A stretch of 64,000 nt of DNA, taken from NCBI GenBank assembly GCA_010093605.1, contig MU004190.1:1881599-1945598 (forward strand), read 5' to 3'. The stretch comes from Lophium mytilinum (Eukaryota). The notes under the pieces are model-generated. The model did not search any database, was not told the origin of the DNA, and worked only from the letters and a program-made list of their open reading frames with translations. Both the position numbers and the translations under genes were made by a program. Shown here piece by piece: positions 47,590 to 61,399 of this stretch. The stretch's first letter is position 1. Each line of letters begins with the position of its first letter.

Positions 47590-48818
47590 ATGAGTGCTGC
47601 TCCGCGGACCAACTTTCCCAATGGGATGCTCGCAGGTTAGTCTTCTAGTCTTAGTGCAGAACTGGCGGTTGAGCTAATCAAGTTCGATATCAGGGCAGAC
47701 CGCTATCATCACAGGCGCGGCTCAGGGCATAGGTGCTGAAACCGCTGCGATCCTCGCACACGAGGGGTGCAAGGTTGTGATCGCCGACATCGACGCCGGT
47801 ATTTCTCCATCGAAATACTAGAGCGGAAATTATGCTAATTCTGAGTGTAGGAAAGGCCGAGAAGACTGCGCAGGCCATCATTTCTGAAGGTGGCTCTGCG
47901 ATCGCGGTTGGGGGAGACATCACAAATAATGAGTCTATCGACAAGCTGATACAGCAGACCGTGGAATTCAGCAACGGTAAGATTCATATCATCATCAATA
48001 ATGCAGGCTACGCATGGGATGATCCCGTTGAGAAGATTGGTGACAAGCAGTGGGGTGAGTGATTCCTCCAATCTAGCGTCTTTGTTTGCTTCTGATAGAG
48101 CAAGACACCATCATTGCGCTGCATAATACGGCACCATTCAAACTCGTGCGGGCGGCAGCACCATATTTTATGGTCAAAGACGGCGAGCCGAGATCAATCG
48201 TTAATATCTCGTCGACATCCGGCATTCACGGTAATGCTGGGCAAGCCAGCTATGCTCTGGCTAAGGCAGGATTGGTTGGCCTCACGAAGACACTAGCCCA
48301 AGAATGGGGACCTGAGTATGGAGTGAGAGCCAACAGTATGTATCCAATTCAAGGGTTACCCTAATACTGTTGACGCTGATTATTCCCACTACAGCTGTCG
48401 CTTTCGGAGCCATTAAGACTAGACTCACGCAGGCTCCCGCAGAAGAAAGCTTTGTAATCAGGGCAGATGGCACTAAGCACGCTGTTGGATTCCATGGCGG
48501 CTACGACGAAGAGGAGAAATGGTTAGTGCGCCCGCTCATCTGAATCTGTCTGCTTGAGCTCACCTGCCTGTCTGCATAGGGTTGGCGATATTCCTCTCCG
48601 CCGGATCGGATCCCCCACCGACGCTGGGCGAGCTATTCTGGCAGTAGTATCTCCGCTTTTCTCATACGTGACTGGCCAGGTAAGTCAGACAATCATCTGC
48701 GGCCATAAACATTCTAATCGCCTCTTATTCAGACAATCATGGTAAGCGCTCTTCACTGGGCTCTCAAAACTCAGGCAGTAACAATAGAAAGGTCTCGGGG
48801 GGTAGAGGTGGTATGTAG
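47590..48818 (+). CDS. Short-chain dehydrogenase/reductase (classical SDR)
   Basis: TGAAQGIG, INNAG, NISSTSG, YALAK, YVTGQ|TIM|VSGG; multi-intron with a 9-nt microexon at 48733-48741. Confidence 0.85.
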
Positions 48819-49091
48819 CGTGAAAGACATCCGTGTGATAGAACGCCATTTACATAGAGACGCTAAAATAAATCTATGCCCAAATTTCAATGGAATAATG
48901 ATATTTAAGAATGTTGATTGATTGGCAAGTCATTTATCTATAGGTTAAATTTCAATGAGCTAACGCCAGTTCCCCTCTGGTCACAAATATCAGGTATTGT
49001 CAATAGTCAGGAATTGTATGGTTTGTGTTGAAAGGTGAGGTGCATCTCTATGAAATAGAGGAACAGCGTCGCTGAGAAGTCATAGATACTG

Positions 49092-50831
49092 CTACAACGC
49101 CGCTACCGCTTTCTTGGGCAAGGAAGATGCGATGCCGTCGCTCTTTGCCTCAACGCCCGCGGCAGGAAAGAAGTTCATACTCGCCCAATTGGACTTGTAC
49201 TCATTCTCGAGCCAAGAAGCCCAAGTCGGGACACCACCGAAATAAAATAACACAGTAGAAATCTTTCCAGGTATGTTCGCACCGACGAACCAAGCGTGAT
49301 TCGCTTTGGCAGACTCTGCAAATAGGGTAGCTCTAAAGGCCTCATCGAGCTGCGAAGACCACGCGTCCACCGCCTTCTGCGTAACTTCAATTTTGGCGAG
49401 ATTGTTCTTTTGCATGTGCTGAATGGTCTTGCCAATCCAATTCACTTCGATGTCCAAGACAATTGGCATATTCCCAAAGGGTATATGGGGACCACAGACG
49501 AGAAACATATTAGGAAATCTAGGGACGAGGGTTCCGGCGAACGTTTCGAGGCTTTTTGACCAAATTTCTCCCAGTGATGCGTTTTGACTGCCACGAACGT
49601 CCATCTCAGCAAGTGCACCAGTGGCGGCATCGAAACCCAGGGCGAAAATGATGATGTCGAACTCGTATTTAGCTCCGGAGTTGGTCTGGATGCCATTTTC
49701 GTACATGTCAATTTCGTCATGACTTATGTCCACCAACTTTACGTTCGGCCGATTGTATGCCTCGTAGTAGAAATGTCCACAGGGCGGACGCTTTGATAGA
49801 AAGGGATATTTGGGAGACAGCAACTCCGCCGTGGCCGGGTCTTTGACGACGGCGGCAATCTTGCGGCGAATATACTCCGAGGCAACGTCATTGGACTCCT
49901 GGTCGGTGAAGAGATCATCGAATGTCTCAAACTGATAATGGAAGCCACCATTTTCCCAGCCGGAGTCCAAGACTTGTTTGATCTTGTCGGCGTCTCCCAC
50001 ACTCTTGATGGTGTGGCCAGTGGAGTTCATGGCCAATCCAAACGGATGTTCTTGTGCTTGTTTCCAGTTGGCATTGAAGCCTTGCTTGATATCGACAGCT
50101 TGATACTCGTCGATTACATAATTGCGGCCGGGAAGCACGTAGTTCGGTGTGCGCTGGAACACAGTCAACTGCTTGGCTATGGGGGCGATCTTGGGGATTA
50201 TCTGGACGCCGGTGGCGCCAGTTCCGACAACGGCGACGCGCTTTCCGCGAAAATCGATCTTGTCCTTGGGCCAGGTAGATGACTGGTACCACTTCCCTTT
50301 GTACGACTTGAGGCCCGCGAAGGGAGGTTCCTTGGCAATCGACAATGGTCCAGTGGCGGCGAGGAAGTAGCGGCAAGTCGAGGACGACCCCTTGGCGGTG
50401 GTGATGGTCCATAAATTGTCGCTGTCGCTATAGTGCGCAGCTTTGATTTCTGTATTGAAATCGATCTGTTTGCGCAGATCGAAGCGATCTGAGTTCTTAG
50501 AATTAGAGGCTGGCCAAATGGAGGGGTTGGGACAGAACTAACCCACAACACGGCCCATATACTGCTGGACCTCTTGCTGAGAAGGATACCGTTCGCTGTA
50601 TTGCCACTCCTCCCTCACCTCTGGCGCGAAGTTCAGAGCGTAAACCCAGGCCTCACTATCCGTCCGGGCTCCTGGGTAGCGGTTCCAGTACCACGCCCCG
50701 CCTACGTCTGATCCAGCCTCGAAACATTTTGCAGTCAGGCCTTGCTGGCCCAGTTCCCAGAGCGACCGGATGCCAGAGAAGCCAGCGCCGGCGACAATGG
50801 CATCGTAGTCTGCGGTCTTGGGTGAAGTCAT
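49092..50831 (-). CDS. Baeyer-Villiger monooxygenase 2 (type I, variant fingerprint)
   Basis: [45 protein letters not shown]. Intron 50489-50542. Confidence 0.92.
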
Positions 50832-51238
50832 GGGTATGCAGGTTGGTGACGCCGGTCGGGTTTCGATCAGGGCTTCAGCTACTGAGGCACGATTTACTCT
50901 GTTGTCAAGATATCAAATATCAAATGTCTGGGGATTCGATCTCAGCAGTATCTACTATGCGTAGGCCTAGGTTCGCGCGTGAGGATGTGCCTGACGCGTC
51001 GCAGCGGCTGGCATGGGTATGGATAACGGCCCGGCGTGGACCGAGACGAGGAAATCCGGGCCATTGCATCTTGACGGACAGCAGTTGGCCATGCTGGTAT
51101 TTCCGAGGGTGCTGTGCCACTGCTGGAGGGTGTCTGCTCGGATCCCAAGAAGTGCGGAGAAGCGGGGGCGGCGGCTTGGGGCAGCGGCGTGCAGCGATTT
51201 GCACGGGGATCTCGAGACGAGCTGCCGGCGATGCCCTA

Positions 51239-51464
51239 CCGTATGCTCTCGAAACAGTGAGACGCCACTCTTGGCACGCTATCTCAAGCATAAATTTTCA
51301 GCGTATCACGTCAACGCCAGCGACATGAATTGTGGGCCACCCGCCCCTGAGCCAGTCTGACAACTCCGCTAGGAGTCTGCTAGGATCTACCCCCAACGCT
51401 TTTTAGTTTAGGGGATCGACTAGCGGTGCCAAGCCTGGAGTCTCACTGTTTCCAGAGCATACGG
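51239..51464. mobile_element. MITE with TA target duplication (Tc1/mariner-type)
   Basis: ~50-bp imperfect TIR CCGTATGCTCT(C/G)GAAACAGTGAGAC...CTTGGCAC; TA at 51237-51238 and 51465-51466. Confidence 0.8.
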
Positions 51465-51705
51465 TAGCCTGTCGGCGTTGGCCGACGCGCACCCCGCGCG
51501 ACCGGGCGTCCTTGCCGTCGCCGCGTGCAGCGCACGCGGCTGCACGCGATGCCCGCCGTGCCCAATTCCCCACATTTCTCCACGCCTACCCCATGGGGCG
51601 CCGGCTAATGAGGCCCTCGTCGGTCGACATCCCCGAGCAACGTTGGCCGTCCTCCTCCTCTGAACGTCCACGCCATCTTGTGTGTGCCTCTGTCAACCTG
51701 ATCCA

Positions 51706-53877
51706 ATGCCTTTGCCAACGGCGGAGCGACCTGGGGCTTCGGGGCCCTTGCATCGTGCTTCAGTCGCCTGCAAGACGTGTCGCCTGCGCAAGGTCAAGGC
51801 AAGCCTCCCGCTCTCTGCACCGTCTCGCATCCCCACTGACGCTTGCTCTCCAGTGCGATGCCCAGTTCGCCCCGTCAGAAGAAGGGTGTGGCCCATGTCG
51901 GCGCGCTGGGCAGCAATGCCTGCTCGACCCTCAGTCGGATGGGAGACGACGCACCTCAGTCAGCCGCAAGTTCGTCGCCGACCTCCAACAGCGCATACAG
52001 ATGCTCGAAGCCCTCAACCAGGGCCTTCCCCCCCACAGGTTCGTGCTCTCTGCACCAAGCACAATGCATCCTCCGTCGCACCGGACTTTCATGCGCGGTG
52101 CATGGCTGACTGTCTCCAGCACTGTGCCATCGACCAACTCCGCTGGCGCAGCACCTATTTCAAGCACCTCTACTCTCATGTCGCCGCCCGCTCTGCCTGC
52201 TTCAACCTTGCTCAACCGAGAGTCCCCAGAAAACGTCCCTGGTGGATCACCAACCTTCTTCGGCGCGACATCTCACCCCCACGTCACGTCACCCGGCGAC
52301 GAGGCTTGGCCCGCTTCCTTCGACGACGACGTCGATGCAGTCGGCATTGATCTCGACACGACCTCACCTCGTCTGCGGGACCACCTGCTCCAGGCCTACT
52401 TCAAGTACCAGACTCTGTGGGTAGACGTTGTCAACAAGGAAACCTTCCTGACCCACCGCGCAAACGGCGACCGCCCCCGGTGGTACTCCAAGTTCCTGGA
52501 AAACGCCATGCTAGCATGCGGAACCCGTCTGAGCACCTCGAAAGCGGTACGTGCGCTAGGTGTCAAGTATCTGGCGTGGGCCAAGGATGAAGTCTTGCGA
52601 GCCATGGCCGAGCCCACGCCCGCAAACCTGCAGGGCTTCTTGCTTCTGAGTGAATATGAAGTCACGCAGGGCAATGACCGCCCGGGCTGGATGTTTTGTG
52701 GTAAGTGTACTTGCGACGAACAGCCGCGAACCGTGTTCGGCTGACTGATGCAGGCGTGGCGTGTCGTATGCTGTCGGATCTGGGCCTTCACGAGCTTGCA
52801 AGCATCACTGGTCCCCCCCAGGCCGTCCAAGAGTCTGCCAAAGAAAGTGACCTTGCCTACGGTCTCTTATCCGCTTGCGTCGTCTACGAAGGAGTCTGGA
52901 CGCTCTATCTCGGCAGGCCAAGCTCCATCCCATCATCAGTCATGAACGTCGCAGCTTCGCGCTGCAAGGCGGGGCGCAAGTCGGATGCGCCATGGCTCAA
53001 TGCCTGGGTAGGGCTCTGTGTACCAATGGCGGAGATATCCCACGTACTGAACGAAGAATCGATCCGCGACTCTGACAGAGCGGCTTCGCTGCGCAAGCTT
53101 TTCAGTCAAGTCGAGGAGTGGTATGAAAACCTCCCGCCAGATCTCTCATACGACGAGAAGCGTCTGATCAATTTGGACCTTGCTGGATACGGCCTGCATA
53201 CGCAGTACTGCAAAGTCCAGATACTCCTGCGGCAAGCACTGGCCAGGCCCTCGAACTCTAAAAAGCGGCGCCACTCCCAAATCGCACGCGAAAAAGAGCC
53301 TCTGCCACCCTCTGACAATACGAATGATATAATCTACAAGTACGCAGTCCGCATAGCCCGCCTGGTTGTCACATATCGCGAAGGGTTTGGGGTAGAGGAG
53401 ATACCGTCCATTATGCTCGACAACGCCGTGGTGGCAGCCACGGAGATGTTACGACACCTCCGGAAGGCCGACGACGCCCCAGGAATGCAACAGCAGACGG
53501 TTTGGCTCCGCTACCTGCTCAAGAGCCTGGAAACTGTGCAACCACACTTCCCAATCGTGCGACGCATGCTCGATTCTCTGAAACAGATTTGCGGAGACAA
53601 CAGCCCGCTTTGCAGAATGTTCCCTTCCGCACGTCGGAACTCTGTCCACGCTCCTGCTCTTGGCCTACCGGCACAGAGTGACTCGTCATTCCAGGCCAGC
53701 CCCAGGCCAAATGTTGCCCAAGAAGTCTCGATTGGCGGCGGAGCCGGTGCAGAGATTGTCTGGGATAACATCGATTGCGATAGTATCTTCTCGTTTGGTA
53801 GATTTGACGACTTTGTGCTTCCGGACATCGCTCCTTCCGACTCTCTGATATCGCATCTAGCGCAGCAAGTCACCTGA
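51706..53877 (+). CDS. Zn(II)2Cys6 transcription factor
   Basis: RASVACKTCRLRKVK|CDAQFAPSEEGCGPCRRAGQQC across GC-AG intron 51799-51853; fungal TF domain GWMFCG|VACRMLSDLGLH, YLGRPSSI. Confidence 0.88.
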
Positions 53878-53961
53878 AATGCCGAAGCACGCCTTTGACA
53901 AGACATTATGTTATGGGCTCGGGCTTTGCCCGTGCCCTTAGCCTAGGGCCTATCAGGCCTG

Positions 53962-54083
53962 GGGCCTTGGCGGCGGCGCCGTGAGACGTGCGCGCCATAG
54001 CAGTGGCAGTTGCGAACGTATTGGGCGGTGTCATTCGACATCCCATCCTAATGGTAGTCGCGGCGGATAATCTGGAAGGTCGT
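53962..54083 (-). pseudogene. Fragment of an LTR-retrotransposon integrase zinc-binding region
   Basis: TFQIIRRDYH*DGMSNDTAQYVRNCHC...RRRRQG matches the R-x-Y-x-W-x-GM-x-x-D-x-x-x-YVRNC pattern, with Trp changed to TAG. Confidence 0.5.
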
Positions 54084-54376
54084 GGAATTGGGCGTCAAAC
54101 TGGTGATGGGTGCCAGAGGTTGGCTTGGCGGAGTTGGTGCCGTATGTGCCCTGTTTGGTGATATGGCGGTCTTTGTCGACATGGGCCGCATTACAATACT
54201 CCTTCCAGGCGCGGAAGGCGCGGCGAACGTCTGGGTTCGCTGCGAACAGGTGGTCGTCTATATCGCATGTCTTCTTCCCACGATAGCAGGCCTCGTAAGC
54301 CGAGCCGGGGCCGGGGACGCACTTAGCCTATATAAACTTTTTTATTAATATAATATACTTATAGTATATTATTCTA

Positions 54377-55299
54377 GGGTAATACTAACTCTATATTCTC
54401 TTTTTACTTAAATTATACCTCTTTTTAACTCTAGTTATACCCCCCTTCTATTTAATTATCTAATTAGCTTAGTAGATTACTCTAAGACCTTTAATTTACT
54501 TACTAATATTTCTTACTAATTTTAAAATACTCTCTCTAAACCCTAAATATAGTATAGCTATAAATAATTACCTTTTTATTCTTATTCTTATTCTTATTCT
54601 TATTCTTATTCTTATTCTTATTCTTATTTTTATTCTTATTTTTATTTTTATTTTTAATTTATATCTATATCTATACTATACCTAGATTTATATCTACTAC
54701 TATATTTAGGCCTATATCTACTACTATATCTAGGCCTATATCTACTACTATATCTACTACTTAGCTTAAAGTAAAAAATACTATAGAAAAAGCTAGTACT
54801 ATAGAAGAAGGCTATATAGTAGTAATAGAGGTAGTAGTAATATAGTAGAGCTAGGCTTAATATAAAGAGGCTATAATAAAATAAAGTTTTAACTATTTTA
54901 GTATACTTCTAGGCGTATAGATATATATATAGTAATATAATAGCCTATATTAATAGAAAATAAAAAATATATATAGTAAAATAAATATACTATATAGCTT
55001 TACTATAACTATAGCCTTATATATAGCCTTATATATAGTTTTATATATAGCCTATATATATAGCCTTATATATAGTATATAGCCTTATTTATAGCTTTAT
55101 ATATAGCTAAATATAGGCTATTAAAAATAGTAGAAATATATAATAAAATAGTAAGGCTATATAGCCTACCTATTTTAAGTACTAAAGTAGTAATTTAAGC
55201 CCTTTAAGCTAATTAGATAATTAGATAGAAGGGGGGTATAACTAGAGTTAAAAAGAGATATAATTTAAGTAAAAAGAAGGTATAGAGTTAGTATTACTC
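54377..55299. mobile_element. RIP-degraded non-autonomous TIR element
   Basis: ~95-bp TIRs (GGGTAATACTAACTC...TAATTAGCTTA and its inverse ending GAGTTAGTATTACTC); 8-bp TSD TTATTCTA. Confidence 0.75.
54576..54655. repeat. (CTTATT)n hexanucleotide microsatellite decaying to (TTTATT)n
   Basis: Directly visible tandem run. Confidence 0.9.
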
Positions 55300-55390
55300 T
55301 TATTCTATTATAGGTCTCTAGTATAAGTTTATTTTTATTTAAATTATTTTTAATATTATATTTACTAGCCTTCTAAAAAGTATAATAAAA

Positions 55391-56191
55391 GGCTAGTACT
55401 AGATAGCTAACCTCTTTTTACTATTTAGCTAATACTATATTTCTATTTAGCCTATATATCTATCTAAAGACCTTTTACTATATTTTAATTAGCTTAAAGA
55501 GCTTAAAGAAAGCTCTAGCCTTTTACTTAATATATATATAGTCTTTCTATTTAATATATAGGCTATATAGCCTTACTATTTAGTATATAGCTATATAACT
55601 ATATATCTATCTACCTAGAAGAATATCTAAACTATTAATTTTATATTTAATTAAGGCTTTTTTTCTATTACTACTAGCCTATAAGTATCTATATAAAGTT
55701 CTTATTAATAAGATTCTCTATATATTTATTAAAATTCTTATTAGCTACCTTATAAGCTACCTTATAAGGCTATAGTAGAGCTATTAACTATACTATACTT
55801 TCTATAATAGGTTATAAACTCTATATCTATACTTCTAGTAAAGTAATCTTTTACTTAAAATCTACCTTTATATTTATATATTACTTCTTAGTAGAAGGGC
55901 CTAGTATTAAGTTTTTTAGTAGCCTACTATACTTTCTAGGCTAGTAATTAGGTAGCGGCTATAGCTCTATAAATAGTTCCTCTATAATATTAAAGAAGGT
56001 AGAGAAGGTAGAGAAGTAGGCTATTAAGTATATAAATATATAAATTTAAAATCTATCTATACTCTAAAGAAGCCGGCCTAATAAGTAAGCTAATTAAAAT
56101 ATAGTAAAAGGTTCTTAGATAGATATATAGGCTAAATAGAAATATAGTATTAGCTAAATAGTAAAAAGAGGTTAGCTACCTAGTACTAGCC
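55391..56191. mobile_element. Second RIP-degraded TIR element
   Basis: ~105-bp TIRs (GGCTAGTACTAG...TAATTAGCTTA and its inverse); 8-bp TSD TAATAAAA. Confidence 0.75.
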
Positions 56192-56999
56192 TAATAAAAA
56201 GGTATATTTTATATAATATTAGTTTCTATTATAGTACTACTAAAAAGTAACTTATATAGCTAAAGAAATTTAGGTTTAATCTAGTACTATAGTTATAGTA
56301 GTAACTTCTACTATTACTATTTATAGTACTAGTAGTATAAAAGCCTAGTATAGTTTTAATATAAATAGCTATAGTAACTAAAATATACTAGAAAAAAATA
56401 ATAATTAAATATAGAGATTAAAAGAAATTATAAAATATTATATAAAAAAAAATAGTTATAAAACTAAGTAGCTAGTTTTACTATAGCGCTATAAAAGAGT
56501 ATAATTAAAAAGTAATTTTACTTTTTAATACTAGCTACTTATACTTTTATAAGCTAATATTATCTATAAAGTTTAATACTATCTTTCTTTTTTTTAAAGT
56601 TCTATATTTTTATAGAATAGCTATAGAATATAAGTATATAAATTACTCTCTAGTATTTATCTAAGTTACTTTTAATAACCTTTATATAATTAGTATAATA
56701 GATTATACTCTACTCTCTAGTTATATATTTACCTATTACTAGCCTTCTACCTCTATATCTATTATATTATCTAGCGCCGCCTATATACTAGCCCGCCTAG
56801 TATCTATATATCTCTCTTCTCTATATATATAGTTTCTATCTAAAAGCCTCTCTTTCTACTTCTTATATAACCTCTTAAAATTAATCTATTTAGTTATCTT
56901 ATACTACTAAGCTTCTCTATACTATAACTATAATATTAGATTATATCTAATACTCTAACTAGTACTAATTCTTTTTTACTATTACTATTTTAAACCTTA

Positions 57000-59900
57000 A
57001 TTTTTATTTACTAAGCTATTTAATAAGCTTAGTTTATATATCTATATAACTATATCTATAATACTAAAAGAGTATATAGCTATACTACTTTATTTTACTA
57101 AGTACTATTACTATAGACTTTATAATAAGTAATCTACTACCTCTACTAGGCGCTAGAGCCTCTACTAGTAACCTAGAATCTAGATATTCTAGGCGTAGTA
57201 GCTTATAATTATTCTTTTACTTTCTACTAACTTATATATAGTTCTATATACTCTCTAAGTCTTCTTATAAGACTTTAAAGAGCGCGCCCCTCTAAAAGCT
57301 AACTAAAAAAGATATCTAGTAGTCTACTTAAAAAGATACCTAGTAGTCTATCTAAACTATATATATAGATACTTAGCTAATCTAAGAAAAAAAGAATTAG
57401 CTTACCTAAAATAAAGATACTACTAAAGATAATTATATTAATAACTCTATATATACTCTAGACCTACTAGTCTATAGCTCTATTATTAAGTACTATACTT
57501 CTAGCTATAGCTATAACCTAGGTATATTTCTTAACTCTATTAATAATATTACTAAATTTCTAGACTATTTACTTCTACCTAGTAATAAATAGTTTAATAG
57601 CTTAATTAAGATTATAGACTCTTAGAACTTTCTTATATAAGTTTAAGCTAATTCTATCTACTTCTTCTATATTCTTAAAAGCTATTAAGCTACTACTAAG
57701 ATTCTTTAGTAAATATATAAGAATAACTAGAAAGCGCAGTATAAGCTTTAAGATAAAATTAGAGTTCTTAAAGATAAATATAATAAAAAGAATAATAAGT
57801 TAGAAGCTATATATAAGAAACTTAAATACCTACTTAATATTAAAACTAAACTAGAAGAATATAAAAATAAACTCTATACTTATAAGAAGATAGTAGCTTT
57901 ACTTAATAAAACTATTACTTCTCTTAATATAGATATTAAAGCCTAGTAGAAGAACTATATCTAAGCTAATAAGTAATTCTTAAAGTAAGAAAGAATTATT
58001 AAACGCCTTATAGCTAACCTTACTTAAGTAGCTAAGAATAAGTATAAATATAATACGCGCCTTACTACTCTAGAGAATAAAATTAAAATACTATAAATAC
58101 TTTAGTATACTTCTATATTTATACCTATAGTAGCCTTTTTTATAATAACGCTCTCTATAGTACTCTATTCTATTATACCTTCTATTAACTCTATTATAGT
58201 AGTAGCTAAAGATCTACTTATCTTTCTTAATAAAGTAATCTATTTAGAAGAAGTATAAGCTAATAATAGCCCCTTAGTAGGCTATAATACTAATTAATCT
58301 TACTATACTATAGAGTATATAAATAAAAGTTAAGCTTACTATACCTTAAACTATATATGCGGTTGCTATAACTCTAGCCCGCCCTTATTTAATAATAGAA
58401 GCCCCCCTTATTACTATAATTATATATATAGTCTATCTTATTATTATAATTACTTCTATAAGTATTACTTTTATTAATACTTATACTTATACTTATAATT
58501 ATACTTATAATTATATTTATAAAATATAAGCTATTACTATTACTAAAACCTCTATATTAAGACGTTTTAAGATTATTAAAATCTTAGTATTACTTTAAAT
58601 AAAGTTTCTTATATAGAAGATAAGTTCTAGCCCTATTTAAATAAGTTTAAAGGTAATAAAAATAAGTACTCTAAGTTCTATTATAGATTTCTAAATAAAG
58701 TTAACTATAGTAGCTATACTATATAATTTAGTAAGCCTCTATATCTTATATACCTTAGTAAATAACTTACTAGTATACCCCTTAAAGGCTTCCGTGCCTA
58801 ATAAAATAGCTACTAGCCCTTTCTTACTATTTAGAAAGCTATAGTATTCTTAGACTTCTAATATAATAACCCTAATAAAATTAGTACTACTAAGAATAAG
58901 CTTTATAAACTTATCTAGATAAATAGTATAATACCTAATTATATATAGAAACTAATAAAATTATATATAATTTACCTTCTAGACTATAAAGACTATAATA
59001 ATATCTATAACCTTAAATAGAAACTCTATCTAGATATTATTACTAGCGCTATTTTAGGTAAAGGTTTTACTACTAATTTATAGTATATTAATACTGCATA
59101 TAAATAGCTCTATAATAATAGTATTAATAAGAATATATAACCTAATAACTATAGCTTTAGTAACTTTAACTATAACTAGCCCTAACGCTTTAATTATAAT
59201 AGCCGTAACTATAATAACTATAATTATTATAACTATAACTATAATTATAACTATAACTATACTCTATACCTTTTAACTACTACTACTATCTCTATAACCT
59301 AAAAGAATATTAAGATTATACCTCTTTCTAACTAGGCCCCCCCTAATAAACTCTATAAAGGTAATAAAGAAGTACTTATAAAAGAAGATAAGTATTTCTA
59401 CTACTATCTTTCTAAGTACTTTACCTAAAATCTATACTACTCTATAAATTAACTTAATAAATTAGGCTTTACTACTTACTAGATAGATATATCTCTAGCA
59501 CCCTATTTTAATAATTATACTACTTGCGTTAAAGAACTTTTAAATAATAATAATAGTTTTAATAACTATAAAACCCTTAATAATAAGCGTAGCTCTAGCT
59601 ACTCTAAAGGTAAAGGTTCTAAGGGAGGTTTTTAGAGAAAAGTAAGGTTATAAACTATAGTTGCGGTCTATAATACTAAAAGAACTTAGTTATAGAAAAT
59701 TTTTAATATAGAAGGATTATTATTTTAGTAGCCTTTTTAAGTAAAGTATAATAGAAACTATTTTAAAATAAAGATAGAGAATTTAATATTAAGTAGGTAA
59801 ATAATATAGTTCTTTTAGTAATAGTATAAACCTATAGAAAAGAATAACCTATAAAAATAATAAAAATTAATTCTTATTTTAATTATAGAGCTACTAATTT

Positions 59901-60500
59901 ATTTACTAGTACTAAGTTTATATATCTAGTAAATCTACCTCTAAAACCCCTTAAAAAAGCCTAAGTTCTTAAACTAGCTAATAGATTAGCTATTACCTAA
60001 AAAGTAATATATAAAGCCCTTCTTAGTATAAATATAAATAGCTATTAGAGCTATTACTAGGCTTATATTACTAACCTAGAAGACTATAATATTATTATAG
60101 AACTTAACTAGCTTTAAGAATATAACCTAGCTATTAACTAGAAAGCTAGATATCTAGATTTTATATATTCTTATTATAAGCCCTATAAGAACTATATATA
60201 CTATTTTAACTATAACTCTATTACTATTTAGGTAAATAGTATATATTCTTATAATATACCTAATAATTACTATAACTTTATAGACTAGAAATCTATTAGT
60301 ATAGACGCCTATCTATAAATCTACTATAATACTCTACTATAATACTTAGGCTTAGGTTTAGAGATATTACTAATATTTTTCTCTTTTTTTTTAAAAATAA
60401 CTACTCTATAAAGTACTACTAGCGTATTCTAAGCTTTTTATAAAGATATAGAAATTATTTACTACCTTATATTTTAGATATCTAAAGAAATATTAAAACG
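57000..60500 (+). mobile_element. RIP-degraded Ty3/Gypsy gag-protease relic (boundaries approximate)
   Basis: ~59870-60150 reads FNYRATNLF...LKLANRL...AYITNLENYNIIIELN*L*EYNLAIN*K. Reversing RIP changes gives the retroviral protease pattern D-x-GAT...LADG...YDIIxGxDWL-x-x-HNPxIDW. Confidence 0.6.
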
Positions 60501-60509
60501 CTAGAATAA

Positions 60510-61360
60510 TAATATTTTAGTATATTAATATACTATAATATTTTTCTTTAAACTTCTCTTTAAATTGCGTTTTAACCTCTTTATACTATACTATAGATTT
60601 AAGTATAATAATATACTAGAATAATTATTAAAATATAGCTATATACTAGAACTATAATATTTTAGTATATTAATATACTATAATATTTTTCTTTAGACTT
60701 CTCTTTAAATTGCGTTTTAACCTCTTTATACTATACTATAGATTTAAGTATAATAATATACTAGAATAATTTTTAAGATATAGCTATATACTAGAACTAT
60801 AATATTTTAGCATATTAATATGCTATAATATTTTTCTTTAAATTCTTCTTTAAATTATATTTTATCTCTTTATACTATACTATAGATTTAAGTATAATAA
60901 TATACTAGAATAATCTTTAAGATGTAGCTATATACTAGAACTATAATATTTTAGTATATTAATATACTATAATATTTTTCTTTAGACTCTTCTTTAAATT
61001 ATATTTTAATCTCTTTATACTATACTATAGATTTAAGTATAATAATATACTAGAATAATCTTTAAAATATAGCTATATGCTAGAACTATAATATTTTAGT
61101 ATATTAATATACTATAATATTTTTCTTTAGACTCTTCTTTAAATTGCGTTTTAATTTCTTTATACTATACTATAGATTTAAGTATATTAATATACTAGAA
61201 TAATCTTTAAAACGTAGCTATATACTAGAACTATAATATTTTTATATTTAAATATGCTAGAATAATATTTAAAATATAACTATATACTAGAACTATAATA
61301 TTTTAGTATATTAATATACTATAACATTTTTCTTTAGACTTCTCTTTAAATTATATTATA
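60510..61360 (+). repeat. Tandem repeat with ~145-bp period (~5.5 copies)
   Basis: Anchor TAG(T/C)ATATTAATAT at ~60518, 60663, 60808, 60952 and 61097. Confidence 0.9.
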
Positions 61361-61399
61361 ACTTTTAGCTTTTATATTCTCTTTAGACTCTCTTTAAGA

